In this document: in pieces, positions 15,601 to 31,310 of the stretch | Numbering within the stretch: the first letter of the stretch is position 1 | Layout: every line of letters begins with the position of its first letter | From: Nemertoderma westbladi | Lineage: Eukaryota > Animalia > Xenacoelomorpha | Direction of reading: 5' to 3' | Assembly (NCBI GenBank): GCA_032718475.1 | Contig: JAUCBJ010007620.1 | Span: 124,001 to 188,000, forward strand | DNA length: 64,000 bases | Position numbers and translations under genes: made by a program | Notes under the pieces: model-generated | Database searches by the model: none | What the model was told of the DNA's origin: nothing | What the model saw: only the letters and a program-made list of their open reading frames with translations

Positions 15601-15730
15601 ACTTAAGTGAAATCCATTGTCAGACAACATGCGACTATTGTAAACATGGAAAAAGTAAGTGAAATCCATTGTCAGACAACATGCGACTATTGTAAAGATG
15701 TAAAAAGTAAGTGAAATCCATTGTCAGACA
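12700..15730 (+). repeat. Tandem higher-order duplication, period 1,507 bp (29 monomers)
   Basis: The GATCGA marker at 12735 and 14242, followed in the same order by CCATTATCAG, CATTTCAG, AGGCAAC, AGAAAAC and GGAAGAAG markers. Confidence 0.85.
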
Positions 15731-18700
15731 ACATGCGTCTATTGCAATAATGGAAAAGGTAAGTGAAATCCATTGTCAGAGAACATGCGACTATTGTAAA
15801 GATGGAAAAAGTTAGTGAAATCCATTGTCAGACAACATGCGACTATTGTAAAGATGTAAAAAGTAAGTGAAATCCATTGTCAGACAACATGCGACTATTT
15901 TAAAGATGGAAAAAGTAAGTGAAATCCATTGTCAGACAACATGCGACTATTGTAAACATGGAAAAAGTAAGTGAAATCCATTGTCAGAGAACATGCGACT
16001 ATTGTAAACATGGAAAAAGTAAGTGAAATCCATTGTCAGACAACATGCGACTATTGTAAACATGGAAAAAGTTAGTGAAATCCATTGTCAGACAACATGC
16101 GACTATTTTAAAGATGGAAAAAGTAAGTGAAATCCATTGTCAGACAACATGCGACTATTGTAAACATGGAAAAAGTAAGTGAAATCCATTGTCAGACAAC
16201 ATGCGACTATTGTAAAGATGTAAAAAGTAAGTGAAATCCATTGTCAGACAACATGCGACTATTTTAAAGATGGAGAAAGTAAGTGAAATCCATTGTCAGA
16301 CAACATGCGACTATTGTAAACATGGAAAAAGTAAGTGAAATCCATTGTCAGACAACATGCGACTATTGTAAACATGGAAAAAGTAAGTGAAATCCATTGT
16401 CAGACAACATGCGACTATTGTAAAGATGTAAAAAGTAAGTGAAATCCATTGTCAGACAACATGCGACTATTTTAAAGATGGAAAAAGTAAGTGAAATCCA
16501 TTGTCAGACAACATGCGACTATTGTAAACATGGAAAAAGTAAGTGAAATCCATTGTCAGACAACATGCGACTATTGTAAACATGGAAAAAGTTAGTGAAA
16601 TCCATTGTCAGACAACATGCGACTATTTTAAAGATGGAAGAAGTAAGTGAAATCCATTGTCAGACAACATGCGACTATTGTAAACATGGAAAAAGTAAGT
16701 GAAATCCATTGTCAGACAACATGCGACTATTGTAAAGATGTAAAAAGTAAGTGAAATCCATTGTCAGACAACATGCGACTATTTTAAAGATGGAAAAAGT
16801 AAGTGAAATCCATTGTCAGACAACATGCGACTATTGTAAACATGGAAAAAGTAAGTGAAATCCATTGTCAGACAACATGCGACTATTGTAAAGATGTAAA
16901 AAGTAAGTGAAATCCATTGTCAGACAACATGCGTCTATTGCAATAATGGAAAAGGTAAGTGAAATCCATTGTCAGAAAACATGCGACTATTGCAATAATG
17001 GAAAAGGTAAGTGAAATCCATTGTCAGAGAACATGCGACTATTGTAAAGATGGAAAAAGTTAGTGAAATCCATTGTCAGACAACATGCGACTATTGTAAA
17101 GATGTAAAAAGTAAGTGAAATCCATTGTCAGACAACATGCGACTATTTTAAAGATGGAAAAAGTAAGTGAAATCCATTGTCAGACAACATGCGACTATTG
17201 TAAACATGGAAAAAGTAAGTGAAATCCATTGTCAGAGAACATGCGACTATTGTAAACATGGAAAAAGTAAGTGAAATCCATTGTCAGACAACATGCGACT
17301 ATTGTAAACATGGAAAAAGTTAGTGAAATCCATTGTCAGACAACATGCGACTATTTTAAAGATGGAAAAAGTAAGTGAAATCCATTGTCAGACAACATGC
17401 GACTATTGTAAACATGGAAAAAGTAAGTGAAATCCATTGTCAGACAACATGCGACTATTGTAAAGATGTAAAAAGTAAGTGAAATCCATTGTCAGACAAC
17501 ATGCGACTATTTTAAAGATGGAGAAAGTAAGTGAAATCCATTGTCAGACAACATGCGACTATTGTAAACATGGAAAAAGTAAGTGAAATCCATTGTCAGA
17601 CAACATGCGACTATTGTAAACATGGAAAAAGTAAGTGAAATCCATTGTCAGACAACATGCGACTATTGTAAACATGGAAAAAGTTAGTGAAATCCATTGT
17701 CAGACAACATGCGACTATTTTAAAGATGGAAAAAGTAAGTGAAATCCATTTCAGACAACATGCGACTATTGTAAAGATGGAAAAATTAAGTGAAATCCAT
17801 TGTCAGACAACATGCGACTATTGCAATAATGGAAAAGGTAAGTGAAATCCATTGTCAGACAACATGCGACTATTGCAATAATGGAAAAGGTAAGTGAAAT
17901 CCATTGTCAGACAACATGCGACTATTGTAAAGATGGAAAAAGTAAGTGAAATCCATTTCAGACAACATGCGACTATTGTAAAGATGGAAAAACTAAGTGA
18001 AATCCATTGTCAGACAACATGCGACTATTGTAAAGATGGAAAAAGTAAGTGAAATCCATTTCAGACAACATGCGACTATTGTAAAGATGGAAAAATTAAG
18101 TGAAATCCATTGTCAGACAACATGCGACTATTGCAATAATGGAAAAAGTAAGTGAAATCCATTGTCAGACAACATGCGACTATTGTAAAGATGGAAAAAG
18201 TAAGTGAAATCCATTTCAGACAACATGCGACTATTGTAAAGATGGAAAAATTAAGTGAAATCCATTGTCAGACAACATGCGACTATTGCAATAATGGAAA
18301 AAGTAAGTGAAATCCATTGTCAGACAACATGCGACTATTGTAAATATGGAAAAAGTAAGTGAAATCCATTGTCAGACAACATGCGACTATTGCAATAATG
18401 GAAAAGGTAAGTGAAATCCATTGTCAGACAACATGCGACTATTGCAATAATGGAAAAGGTAAGTGAAATCCATTGTCAGACAACATGCGACTATTGCAAT
18501 AATGGAAAAGGTAAGTGAAATCCATTGTCAGACAACATGGGACTATTGTAAAGATGGAAAAATTAAGTGAAATCCATTGTCAGACAACATGGGACTATTG
18601 TAAAGATGGAAAAATTAAGTGAAATCCATTGTCAGACAACATGCGACTATTGCAATAATGGAACAAGTAAGTGAAATCCATTTCAGACAACATGCGACTA

Positions 18701-19719
18701 TTGTAAAGATGGAAAAATTAAGTGAAATCCATTGTCAGACAACATGCGACTATTGCAATAATGGAAAAGGTAAGTGAAATCCATTGCCAGACAACATGCG
18801 ACTATTGCAATAATGGAAAAGGTAAGTGAAATCCATTGTCAGACAACATGCGACTATTGTAAAGATGGAAAAAGTAAGTGAAATCCATTTCAGACAACAT
18901 GCGACTATTGTAAAGATGGAAAAACTAAGTGAAATCCATTGTCAGACAACATGCGACTATTGTAAAGATGGAAAAAGTAAGTGAAATCCATTTCAGACAA
19001 CATGCGACTATTGTAAAGATGGAAAAATTAAGTGAAATCCATTGTCAGACAACATGCGACAATTGCAATAATGGAAAAAGTAAGTGAAATCCATTGTCAG
19101 ACAACATGCGACTATTGTAAAGATGGAAAAAGTAAGTGAAATCCATTTCAGACAACATGCGACTATTGTAAAGATGGAAAAATTAAGTGAAATCCATTGT
19201 CAGACAACATGCGACTATTGCAATAATGGAAAAAGTAAGTGAAATCCATTGTCAGACAACATGCGACTATTGTAAATATGGAAAAAGTAAGTGAAATCCA
19301 TTGTCAGACAACATGCGACTATTGCAATAATGGAAAAGGTAAGTGAAATCCATTGTCAGACAACATGCGACTATTGCAATAATGGAAAAAGTAAGTGAAA
19401 TCCATTGTCAGACAACATGCGACTATTGCAATAATGGAAAAGGTAAGTGAAATCCATTGTCAGACAACATGCGACTATTGTAAAGATGTAAAAAGTAAGT
19501 GAAATCCATTGTCAGACAACATGCGACTATTTTAAAGATGGAGAAAGTAAGTGAAATCCATTGTCAGACAACATGCGATTATTGTAAACATGGAAAAAGT
19601 AAGTGAAATCCATTGTCAGACAACATGCGACTATTGTAAAGATGTAAAAAGTAAGTGCAATCCATTGTCAGACAACATGCGACTATTTTAAAGATGGAAA
19701 AAGTAAGTGAAATCCATTG

Positions 19720-22700
19720 TCAGACAACATGCGACTATTGTAAACATGGAAAAAGTAAGTGAAATCCATTGTCAGACAACATGCGACTATTGTAAACATG
19801 GAAAAAGTTAGTGAAATCCATTGTCAGACAACATGCGACTATTTTAAAGATGGAAAAAGTAAGTGAAATCCATTTCAGACATCATGCGTCTATTGTAAAG
19901 ATTGAAAAAGTAAGTGAAATCCATTGTCAGACAACATGCGACTATTTTAAAGATGGAAAAAGTAAGTGAAATCCATTGTCAGACAACATGCGACTATTGC
20001 AATAATGGAAAAAGTAAGTGAAATCCATTGTCAGACAACATGCGACTATTGTAAATATGGAAAAAGTAAGTGAAATCCATTGTCAGACAACATGCGACTA
20101 TTGCAATAATGGAAAAGGTAAGTGAAATCCATTGTCAGACAACATGCGACTATTGCAATAATGGAAAAGGTAAGTGAAATCCATTGTCAGACAACATGCG
20201 ACTATTGCAATAATGGAAAAGGTAAGTGAAATCCATTGTCAGACAACATGGGACTATTGTAAAGATGGAAAAATTAAGTGAAATCCATTGTCAGACAACA
20301 TGGGACTATTGTAAAGATGGAAAAATTAAGTGAAATCCATTGTCAGACAACATGCGACTATTGTAAATATGGAAAAAGTAAGTGAAATCCATTGTCAGAC
20401 AACATGCGACTATTGCAATAATAGAAAAAGTAAGTGAAACCCATTGTCAGCCAACATGCGACTATTTTAAAGATGGAAAAAGTAAGTGAAATCCATTGTC
20501 AGGCATCATGCGTCTATTGTAAAGGTTGAAAAAGTAAGTGAAATCCATTGTCAGACAACATGCGACTATTGTAAAGATGGAAAAATTAAGTGAAATCCAT
20601 TGTCAGACAACATGCGACTATTGTAAAGATGGAAAAATTAAGTGAAATCCATTGTCAGACAACATGCGACTATTGCAATAATGGAAAAAGTAAGTGAAAC
20701 CCATTGTCAGCCAACATGCGACTATTTTAAAGATGGAAAAGTAAGTGAAATCCATTGTCAGACAACATGCGACTATTTTAAAGATGGAAAAAGTAAGTGA
20801 AATCCATTGTCAGACAACATGCGACTATTTTAAAGATGTAAAAAGTAAGTGAAATCCATTGTCAGACATCATGCGTCTATTGTAAAGATTGAAAAAGTAA
20901 GTGAAATCCATTGTCAGACAACATGCGACTATTGTAGAGATGGAAAAAGTAAGTGAAATCCATTGTCAGACAACATGCGACTATTTTAAAGATGGAAAAA
21001 GTAAGTGAAATCCATTGTCAGACAACATGCGACTATTGTAAAGATGGAAAAAGTAAGTGAAATCCATTGTCAGACAACATGCGACTATGGTAAAGATGGA
21101 AAAAGTAAGTGAAATCCATTGTCAGACAACATGCGTCTATTGTAAAGATGGAAAAAGTAAGTGAAATCCATTGTCAGAGAACATGCGACTATTGCAATAA
21201 TGGAAAAAGTAAGTGAAATCCATTGTCAGAGAACATGCGACTATTGTAAAGATGGAAAAAGTAAGTGAAAACCATTGTCAGACAACATGCGACTATTTTA
21301 AAGATTGAAAAAGTAAGTGAAATCCATTGTCAGACAACATGCGACTATTGTAAAGATTGAAAAAGTAAGTGAAATCCATTGTCAGACAACATGCGACTAT
21401 TGTAAAGATGGAAAAAGTAAGTGAAAACCATTGTCAGACAACATGCGACTATTGTAAAGATGGAAAAAGTAAGTGAAATCCATTGTGAGAGAACATGCGA
21501 CTATTGTAAAGATGGAAAAAGTAAGTGAAATCCATTGTCAGACAACATGCGACTATTGTAAAGATGGAAAAAGTAAGTGAAAACCATTGTCAGACAACAT
21601 GCGATTATTGTAAAGATTGAAAAAGTAAGTGAAATCCATTGTCAGACAACATGCGACCATTGTAAAGATGGAAAAAGTAAGTGAAATCCATTGTCAGACA
21701 ACATGCGACTATTGTAAAGATGGAAAAAGTAAGTGATATCCATTGTCAGCCAACATGCGACTATTGTAAAGATGGAAAAAGTAAGTAAGTGAAATCCATT
21801 GTCAGACAACATGCGACTATTGCAATAATGGAAAAGGTAACTGAAATCCATTGTCAGCCAACATGCGACTATTGTAAAGATGGAAAAAGTAAGTGAAATC
21901 CATTGTCAGACAACATGCGACTATTGCAATAATGGAAAAGGTAACTGAAATCCATTGTCAGACAACATGCGACTATTGTAAAGATGGAAAAAGTAAGTGA
22001 AAACCATTGTCAGACAACATGCGACTATTGTAAAGATTGAAAAAGTAAGTGAAAACCATTGTCAGACAACATGCGACTATTGTAGAGATTGAAAAAGTAA
22101 GTGAAATCCATTGTCAGACAACATGCGACTATTGTAGAGATGGAAAAAGTAAGTGAAAACCATTGTCAGACAACATGCGACTATAGTAAAGATGGAAAAA
22201 GGAAAAAGTAAGTGAAATCCATTGTCAGACAACATGCGACTATTGTAGAGATGGAAAAAGTAAGTGAAATCCATTGTCAGACAACATGCGACTATGGTAA
22301 AGATGGAAAAAGTAAGTGAAATCCATTGTCAGACAACATGCGTCTATTGTAAAGATGGAAAAAGTAAGTGAAATCCATTGTCAGAGAACATGCGACTATT
22401 GCAATAATGGAAAAAGTAAGTGAAATCCATTGTCAGAGAACATGCGACTATTGTAAAGATGGAAAAAGTAAGTGAAAACCATTGTCAGACAACATGCGAC
22501 TATTTTAAAGATTGAAAAAGTAAGTGAAATCCATTGTCAGACAACATGCGACTATTGTAAAGATTGAAAAAGTAAGTGAAATCCATTGTCAGACAACATG
22601 CGACTATTGTAAAGATGGAAAAAGTAAGTGAAAACCATTGTCAGACAACATGCGACTATTGTAAAGATGGAAAAAGTAAGTGAAATCCATTGTGAGAGAA

Positions 22701-25700
22701 CATGCGACTATTGTAAAGATGGAAAAAGTAAGTGAAATCCATTGTCAGACAACATGCGACTATTGTAAAGATGGAAAAAGTAAGTGAAAACCATTGTCAG
22801 ACAACATGCGATTATTGTAAAGATTGAAAAAGTAAGTGAAATCCATTGTCAGACAACATGCGACCATTGTAAAGATGGAAAAAGTAAGTGAAATCCATTG
22901 TCAGACAACATGCGACTATTGTAAAGATGGAAAAAGTAAGTGATATCCATTGTCAGCCAACATGCGACTATTGTAAAGATGGAAAAAGTAAGTAAGTGAA
23001 ATCCATTGTCAGACAACATGCGACTATTGCAATAATGGAAAAGGTAACTGAAATCCATTGTCAGCCAACATGCGACTATTGTAAAGATGGAAAAAGTAAG
23101 TGAAATCCATTGTCAGACAACATGCGACTATTGCAATAATGGAAAAGGTAACTGAAATCCATTGTCAGACAACATGCGACTATTGTAAAGATGGAAAAAG
23201 TAAGTGAAAACCATTGTCAGACAACATGCGACTATTGTAAAGATTGAAAAAGTAAGTGAAAACCATTGTCAGACAACATGCGACTATTGTAGAGATTGAA
23301 AAAGTAAGTGAAATCCATTGTCAGACAACATGCGACTATTGTAGAGATGGAAAAAGTAAGTGAAAACCATTGTCAGACAACATGCGACTATAGTAAAGAT
23401 GGAAAAAGGAAAAAGTAAGTGAAATCCATTGTCAGACAACATGCGACTATTGTAGAGATGGAAAAAGTAAGTGAAATCCATTGTCAGACAACATGCGACT
23501 ATTGTAAAGATGGAAAAAGTAAGTGAAATCCATTGTCAGACAACATGCAACTATTTTAAAGATGGAAAAAGTAAGTGAAATACATTGTCAGACAACATGC
23601 GACTATTTTAAAGATGGGAAAAGTAAATGAAATCCATTGTCAGACAACATGCGACTATTGTAAAGATGGAAAAAGTAAGTGAAAACCATTGTCAGACAAC
23701 ATGCGACTATTGTAAAGATTGAAAAAGTAAGTGAAATCCATTGTGAGACAACATGCGACTATTGTAAAGATTGAAAAAGTAAGTGAAATCCATTGTCAGA
23801 CAACATGCGACTATTGTAAAGATGGAAAAAGTAAGTGAAAACCATTGTCAGACAACATGCGACTATTGTAAAGATTGAAAAAGTAAGTGAAATCCATTGT
23901 CAGACAACATGCGACTATTGTAAAGATTGAAAAAGTAAGTGAAATCCATTGTCAGACAACATGCGACTATTGTAAAGATGGAAAAAGTAAGTGAAATCCA
24001 TTGTCAGACAACATGCGACTATTGTAAAGATGGAAAAAGTAAGTGAAAACCATTGTCAGACAACATGCGACTATTGTAAAGATTGAAAAAGTAAGTGAAA
24101 TCCATTGTCAGACAACATGCGACTATTGTAAAGATTGAAAAAGTAAGTGAAATCCATTGTCAGACAACATGCGACTATTGTAAAGATGGAAAAAGTAAGT
24201 GAAATCCATTGTCAGACAACATGCGACTATTGTAAAGATGGAAAAAGTAAGTGAAAACCATTGTCAGACAACATGCAACTATTTTAAAGATGGAAAAAGT
24301 AAGTGAAATACATTGTCAGACAACATGCGACTATTTTAAAGATGGGAAAAGTAAATGAAATCCATTGTCAGACAACATGCGACTATTGTAAAGATGGAAA
24401 AAGTAAGTGAAAACCATTGTCAGACAACATGCGACTATTGTAAAGATTGAAAAAGTAAGTGAAATCCATTGTCAGACAACATGCGACTATTGTAGAGATT
24501 GAAAAAGTAAGTGAAATCCATTGTCAGAGAACATGCGACTATTGTAAAGATGGAAAAAGTAAGTGAAAACCATTGTCAAACAACATGCGACTATTGTAAA
24601 GATTGAAAAAGTAAGTGAAATCCATTGTCAGACAACATGCGACCATTGTAAAGATGGAAAAAGTAAGTGAAATCCATTGTCAGAGAACATGCGACTATTG
24701 TAAAGATGGAAAAAGTAAGTGAAAACCATTGTCAGACAACATGCGACTATTGTAAAGATTGAAAATGTAAGTGAAATCCATTGTCAGACAACATGCGACC
24801 ATTGTAAAGATGGAAAAATTAAGTGAAAACCATTGTCAGAGAACATGCGACTATTGTAAAGATGGAAAAATTAAGTGAAAACCATTGTCAGACAACATGC
24901 GACTATTGTGAAGATTGAAAAAGTAAGTGAAATCCATTGTCACACAACATGCGACTATTTTAAAGATGGAACAAGTAAGTGAAATCCATTGTCAGACAAC
25001 ATGCGACTATTGTAAAGATGGAAAAAGTAAGTGAAATCCATTGTCAGACAACATGCGACTATTTTAAAGATGGAAAAAGTAAGTGAAATCCATTGTCAGA
25101 CAACATGCGACTATTGTAAAGATGGAAAAAGTAAGTGAAAACCATTGTCAGACAACATGCGACTATTGTAAAGATTGAAAAAGTAAGTGAAATCCATTGT
25201 CAGACAACATGCGACTATTGTAAAGATTGAAAAAGTAAGTGAAATCCATTGTCAGACAACATGCGACTATTGTAAAGATGGAAAAAGTAAGTGAAAACCA
25301 TTGTCAGACAACATGCGACTATTGTAAAGATGGAAAAAGTAAGTGAAATCCATTGTCAGACAACATGCGACTATTGTAAAGATTGAAAAAGTAAGTGAAA
25401 TCCATTGTCAGACAACATGCGACTATTGTAAAGATGGAAAAAGTAAGTGAAATCCATTGTCAGACAACATGCGACTATTGTAAAGATGGAAAAAGTAAGT
25501 GAAATCCATTGTCAGACAACATGCGACTATTGTAAAGATGGAAAAAGTAAGTGAAATCCATTGTCAGACAACATGCGACTATTGTAAAGATGGAAAAAGT
25601 AAGTGAAATCCATTGTCAGACAACATGCGACTATTGTAATAGATGGAAAAAGTAAGTGAAATCCATTGTCAGACAACATGCGACTATTGTAAAGATGGAA

Positions 25701-28700
25701 AAAGTAAGTGAAATCCATTGTCAGACAACATGCGACTATTTTAAAGATGGAAAAAGTAAGTGAAATCCATTGTCAGACAACATGCGACTATTGTAAAGAT
25801 GGAAAAAGTAAGTGAAATCCATTGTCAGACAACATGCGACTATTGTAAAGATGGAAAAAGTAAGTGAAATCCATTGTCAGACAACATGCGACTATTGTAA
25901 AGATTGAAAAAGTAAGTGAAATCCATTGTCAGACAACATGCGACTATTGTAAAGATTGAAAAAGTAAGTGAAATCCATTGTCAGACAACATGCGACTATT
26001 GTAAACATGGAAAAAGTAAGTGAAATCCATTGTCAGACAACATGCGACTATTGTAAACATGGAAAAAGTTAGTGAAATCCATTGTCAGACAACATGCGAC
26101 TATTTTAAAGATGGAAAAAGTAAGTGAAATCCATTTCAGACATCATGCGTCTATTGTAAAGATTGAAAAAGTAAGTGAAATCCATTGTCAGACAACATGC
26201 GACTATTTTAAAGATGGAAAAAGTAAGTGAAATCCATTGTCAGACAACATGCGACTATTGCAATAATGGAAAAAGTAAGTGAAATCCATTGTCAGACAAC
26301 ATGCGACTATTGTAAATATGGAAAAAGTAAGTGAAATCCATTGTCAGACAACATGCGACTATTGCAATAATGGAAAAGGTAAGTGAAATCCATTGTCAGA
26401 CAACATGCGACTATTGCAATAATGGAAAAGGTAAGTGAAATCCATTGTCAGACAACATGCGACTATTGCAATAATGGAAAAGGTAAGTGAAATCCATTGT
26501 CAGACAACATGGGACTATTGTAAAGATGGAAAAATTAAGTGAAATCCATTGTCAGACAACATGGGACTATTGTAAAGATGGAAAAATTAAGTGAAATCCA
26601 TTGTCAGACAACATGCGACTATTGTAAATATGGAAAAAGTAAGTGAAATCCATTGTCAGACAACATGCGACTATTGCAATAATAGAAAAAGTAAGTGAAA
26701 CCCATTGTCAGCCAACATGCGACTATTTTAAAGATGGAAAAAGTAAGTGAAATCCATTGTCAGGCATCATGCGTCTATTGTAAAGGTTGAAAAAGTAAGT
26801 GAAATCCATTGTCAGACAACATGCGACTATTGTAAAGATGGAAAAATTAAGTGAAATCCATTGTCAGACAACATGCGACTATTGTAAAGATGGAAAAATT
26901 AAGTGAAATCCATTGTCAGACAACATGCGACTATTGCAATAATGGAAAAAGTAAGTGAAACCCATTGTCAGCCAACATGCGACTATTTTAAAGATGGAAA
27001 AGTAAGTGAAATCCATTGTCAGACAACATGCGACTATTTTAAAGATGGAAAAAGTAAGTGAAATCCATTGTCAGACAACATGCGACTATTTTAAAGATGT
27101 AAAAAGTAAGTGAAATCCATTGTCAGACATCATGCGTCTATTGTAAAGATTGAAAAAGTAAGTGAAATCCATTGTCAGACAACATGCGACTATTGTAGAG
27201 ATGGAAAAAGTAAGTGAAATCCATTGTCAGACAACATGCGACTATTTTAAAGATGGAAAAAGTAAGTGAAATCCATTGTCAGACAACATGCGACTATTGT
27301 AAAGATGGAAAAAGTAAGTGAAATCCATTGTCAGACAACATGCGACTATGGTAAAGATGGAAAAAGTAAGTGAAATCCATTGTCAGACAACATGCGTCTA
27401 TTGTAAAGATGGAAAAAGTAAGTGAAATCCATTGTCAGAGAACATGCGACTATTGCAATAATGGAAAAAGTAAGTGAAATCCATTGTCAGAGAACATGCG
27501 ACTATTGTAAAGATGGAAAAAGTAAGTGAAAACCATTGTCAGACAACATGCGACTATTTTAAAGATTGAAAAAGTAAGTGAAATCCATTGTCAGACAACA
27601 TGCGACTATTGTAAAGATTGAAAAAGTAAGTGAAATCCATTGTCAGACAACATGCGACTATTGTAAAGATGGAAAAAGTAAGTGAAAACCATTGTCAGAC
27701 AACATGCGACTATTGTAAAGATGGAAAAAGTAAGTGAAATCCATTGTGAGAGAACATGCGACTATTGTAAAGATGGAAAAAGTAAGTGAAATCCATTGTC
27801 AGACAACATGCGACTATTGTAAAGATGGAAAAAGTAAGTGAAAACCATTGTCAGACAACATGCGATTATTGTAAAGATTGAAAAAGTAAGTGAAATCCAT
27901 TGTCAGACAACATGCGACCATTGTAAAGATGGAAAAAGTAAGTGAAATCCATTGTCAGACAACATGCGACTATTGTAAAGATGGAAAAAGTAAGTGATAT
28001 CCATTGTCAGCCAACATGCGACTATTGTAAAGATGGAAAAAGTAAGTAAGTGAAATCCATTGTCAGACAACATGCGACTATTGCAATAATGGAAAAGGTA
28101 ACTGAAATCCATTGTCAGCCAACATGCGACTATTGTAAAGATGGAAAAAGTAAGTGAAATCCATTGTCAGACAACATGCGACTATTGCAATAATGGAAAA
28201 GGTAACTGAAATCCATTGTCAGACAACATGCGACTATTGTAAAGATGGAAAAAGTAAGTGAAAACCATTGTCAGACAACATGCGACTATTGTAAAGATTG
28301 AAAAAGTAAGTGAAAACCATTGTCAGACAACATGCGACTATTGTAGAGATTGAAAAAGTAAGTGAAATCCATTGTCAGACAACATGCGACTATTGTAGAG
28401 ATGGAAAAAGTAAGTGAAAACCATTGTCAGACAACATGCGACTATAGTAAAGATGGAAAAAGGAAAAAGTAAGTGAAATCCATTGTCAGACAACATGCGA
28501 CTATTGTAGAGATGGAAAAAGTAAGTGAAATCCATTGTCAGACAACATGCGACTATGGTAAAGATGGAAAAAGTAAGTGAAATCCATTGTCAGACAACAT
28601 GCGTCTATTGTAAAGATGGAAAAAGTAAGTGAAATCCATTGTCAGAGAACATGCGACTATTGCAATAATGGAAAAAGTAAGTGAAATCCATTGTCAGAGA

Positions 28701-31310
28701 ACATGCGACTATTGTAAAGATGGAAAAAGTAAGTGAAAACCATTGTCAGACAACATGCGACTATTTTAAAGATTGAAAAAGTAAGTGAAATCCATTGTCA
28801 GACAACATGCGACTATTGTAAAGATTGAAAAAGTAAGTGAAATCCATTGTCAGACAACATGCGACTATTGTAAAGATGGAAAAAGTAAGTGAAAACCATT
28901 GTCAGACAACATGCGACTATTGTAAAGATGGAAAAAGTAAGTGAAATCCATTGTGAGAGAACATGCGACTATTGTAAAGATGGAAAAAGTAAGTGAAATC
29001 CATTGTCAGACAACATGCGACTATTGTAAAGATGGAAAAAGTAAGTGAAAACCATTGTCAGACAACATGCGATTATTGTAAAGATTGAAAAAGTAAGTGA
29101 AATCCATTGTCAGACAACATGCGACCATTGTAAAGATGGAAAAAGTAAGTGAAATCCATTGTCAGACAACATGCGACTATTGTAAAGATGGAAAAAGTAA
29201 GTGATATCCATTGTCAGCCAACATGCGACTATTGTAAAGATGGAAAAAGTAAGTAAGTGAAATCCATTGTCAGACAACATGCGACTATTGCAATAATGGA
29301 AAAGGTAACTGAAATCCATTGTCAGCCAACATGCGACTATTGTAAAGATGGAAAAAGTAAGTGAAATCCATTGTCAGACAACATGCGACTATTGCAATAA
29401 TGGAAAAGGTAACTGAAATCCATTGTCAGACAACATGCGACTATTGTAAAGATGGAAAAAGTAAGTGAAAACCATTGTCAGACAACATGCGACTATTGTA
29501 AAGATTGAAAAAGTAAGTGAAAACCATTGTCAGACAACATGCGACTATTGTAGAGATTGAAAAAGTAAGTGAAATCCATTGTCAGACAACATGCGACTAT
29601 TGTAGAGATGGAAAAAGTAAGTGAAAACCATTGTCAGACAACATGCGACTATAGTAAAGATGGAAAAAGGAAAAAGTAAGTGAAATCCATTGTCAGACAA
29701 CATGCGACTATTGTAGAGATGGAAAAAGTAAGTGAAATCCATTGTCAGACAACATGCGACTATTGTAAAGATGGAAAAAGTAAGTGAAATCCATTGTCAG
29801 ACAACATGCAACTATTTTAAAGATGGAAAAAGTAAGTGAAATACATTGTCAGACAACATGCGACTATTTTAAAGATGGGAAAAGTAAATGAAATCCATTG
29901 TCAGACAACATGCGACTATTGTAAAGATGGAAAAAGTAAGTGAAAACCATTGTCAGACAACATGCGACTATTGTAAAGATTGAAAAAGTAAGTGAAATCC
30001 ATTGTGAGACAACATGCGACTATTGTAAAGATTGAAAAAGTAAGTGAAATCCATTGTCAGACAACATGCGACTATTGTAAAGATGGAAAAAGTAAGTGAA
30101 AACCATTGTCAGACAACATGCGACTATTGTAAAGATTGAAAAAGTAAGTGAAATCCATTGTCAGACAACATGCGACTATTGTAAAGATTGAAAAAGTAAG
30201 TGAAATCCATTGTCAGACAACATGCGACTATTGTAAAGATGGAAAAAGTAAGTGAAATCCATTGTCAGACAACATGCGACTATTGTAAAGATGGAAAAAG
30301 TAAGTGAAAACCATTGTCAGACAACATGCGACTATTGTAAAGATTGAAAAAGTAAGTGAAATCCATTGTCAGACAACATGCGACTATTGTAAAGATTGAA
30401 AAAGTAAGTGAAATCCATTGTCAGACAACATGCGACTATTGTAAAGATGGAAAAAGTAAGTGAAATCCATTGTCAGACAACATGCGACTATTGTAAAGAT
30501 GGAAAAAGTAAGTGAAAACCATTGTCAGACAACATGCAACTATTTTAAAGATGGAAAAAGTAAGTGAAATACATTGTCAGACAACATGCGACTATTTTAA
30601 AGATGGGAAAAGTAAATGAAATCCATTGTCAGACAACATGCGACTATTGTAAAGATGGAAAAAGTAAGTGAAAACCATTGTCAGACAACATGCGACTATT
30701 GTAAAGATTGAAAAAGTAAGTGAAATCCATTGTCAGACAACATGCGACTATTGTAGAGATTGAAAAAGTAAGTGAAATCCATTGTCAGAGAACATGCGAC
30801 TATTGTAAAGATGGAAAAAGTAAGTGAAAACCATTGTCAAACAACATGCGACTATTGTAAAGATTGAAAAAGTAAGTGAAATCCATTGTCAGACAACATG
30901 CGACCATTGTAAAGATGGAAAAAGTAAGTGAAATCCATTGTCAGAGAACATGCGACTATTGTAAAGATGGAAAAAGTAAGTGAAAACCATTGTCAGACAA
31001 CATGCGACTATTGTAAAGATTGAAAATGTAAGTGAAATCCATTGTCAGACAACATGCGACCATTGTAAAGATGGAAAAATTAAGTGAAAACCATTGTCAG
31101 AGAACATGCGACTATTGTAAAGATGGAAAAATTAAGTGAAAACCATTGTCAGACAACATGCGACTATTGTGAAGATTGAAAAAGTAAGTGAAATCCATTG
31201 TCACACAACATGCGACTATTTTAAAGATGGAACAAGTAAGTGAAATCCATTGTCAGACAACATGCGACTATTGTAAAGATGGAAAAAGTAAGTGAAATCC
31301 ATTGTCAGAC
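19720..31310 (+). repeat. Higher-order duplication at 6,261-bp offset (about 19.7-25.05 kb versus about 26.0-31.3 kb), each copy containing a nested 1,207-bp (23-monomer) tandem duplication
   Basis: Markers at 19871/26132, 21642/27903, 22849/29110 and 24941/31202 all differ by 6,261. The nested offset 21642 to 22849 is 1,207 = 23x52+4+7. Confidence 0.9.
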
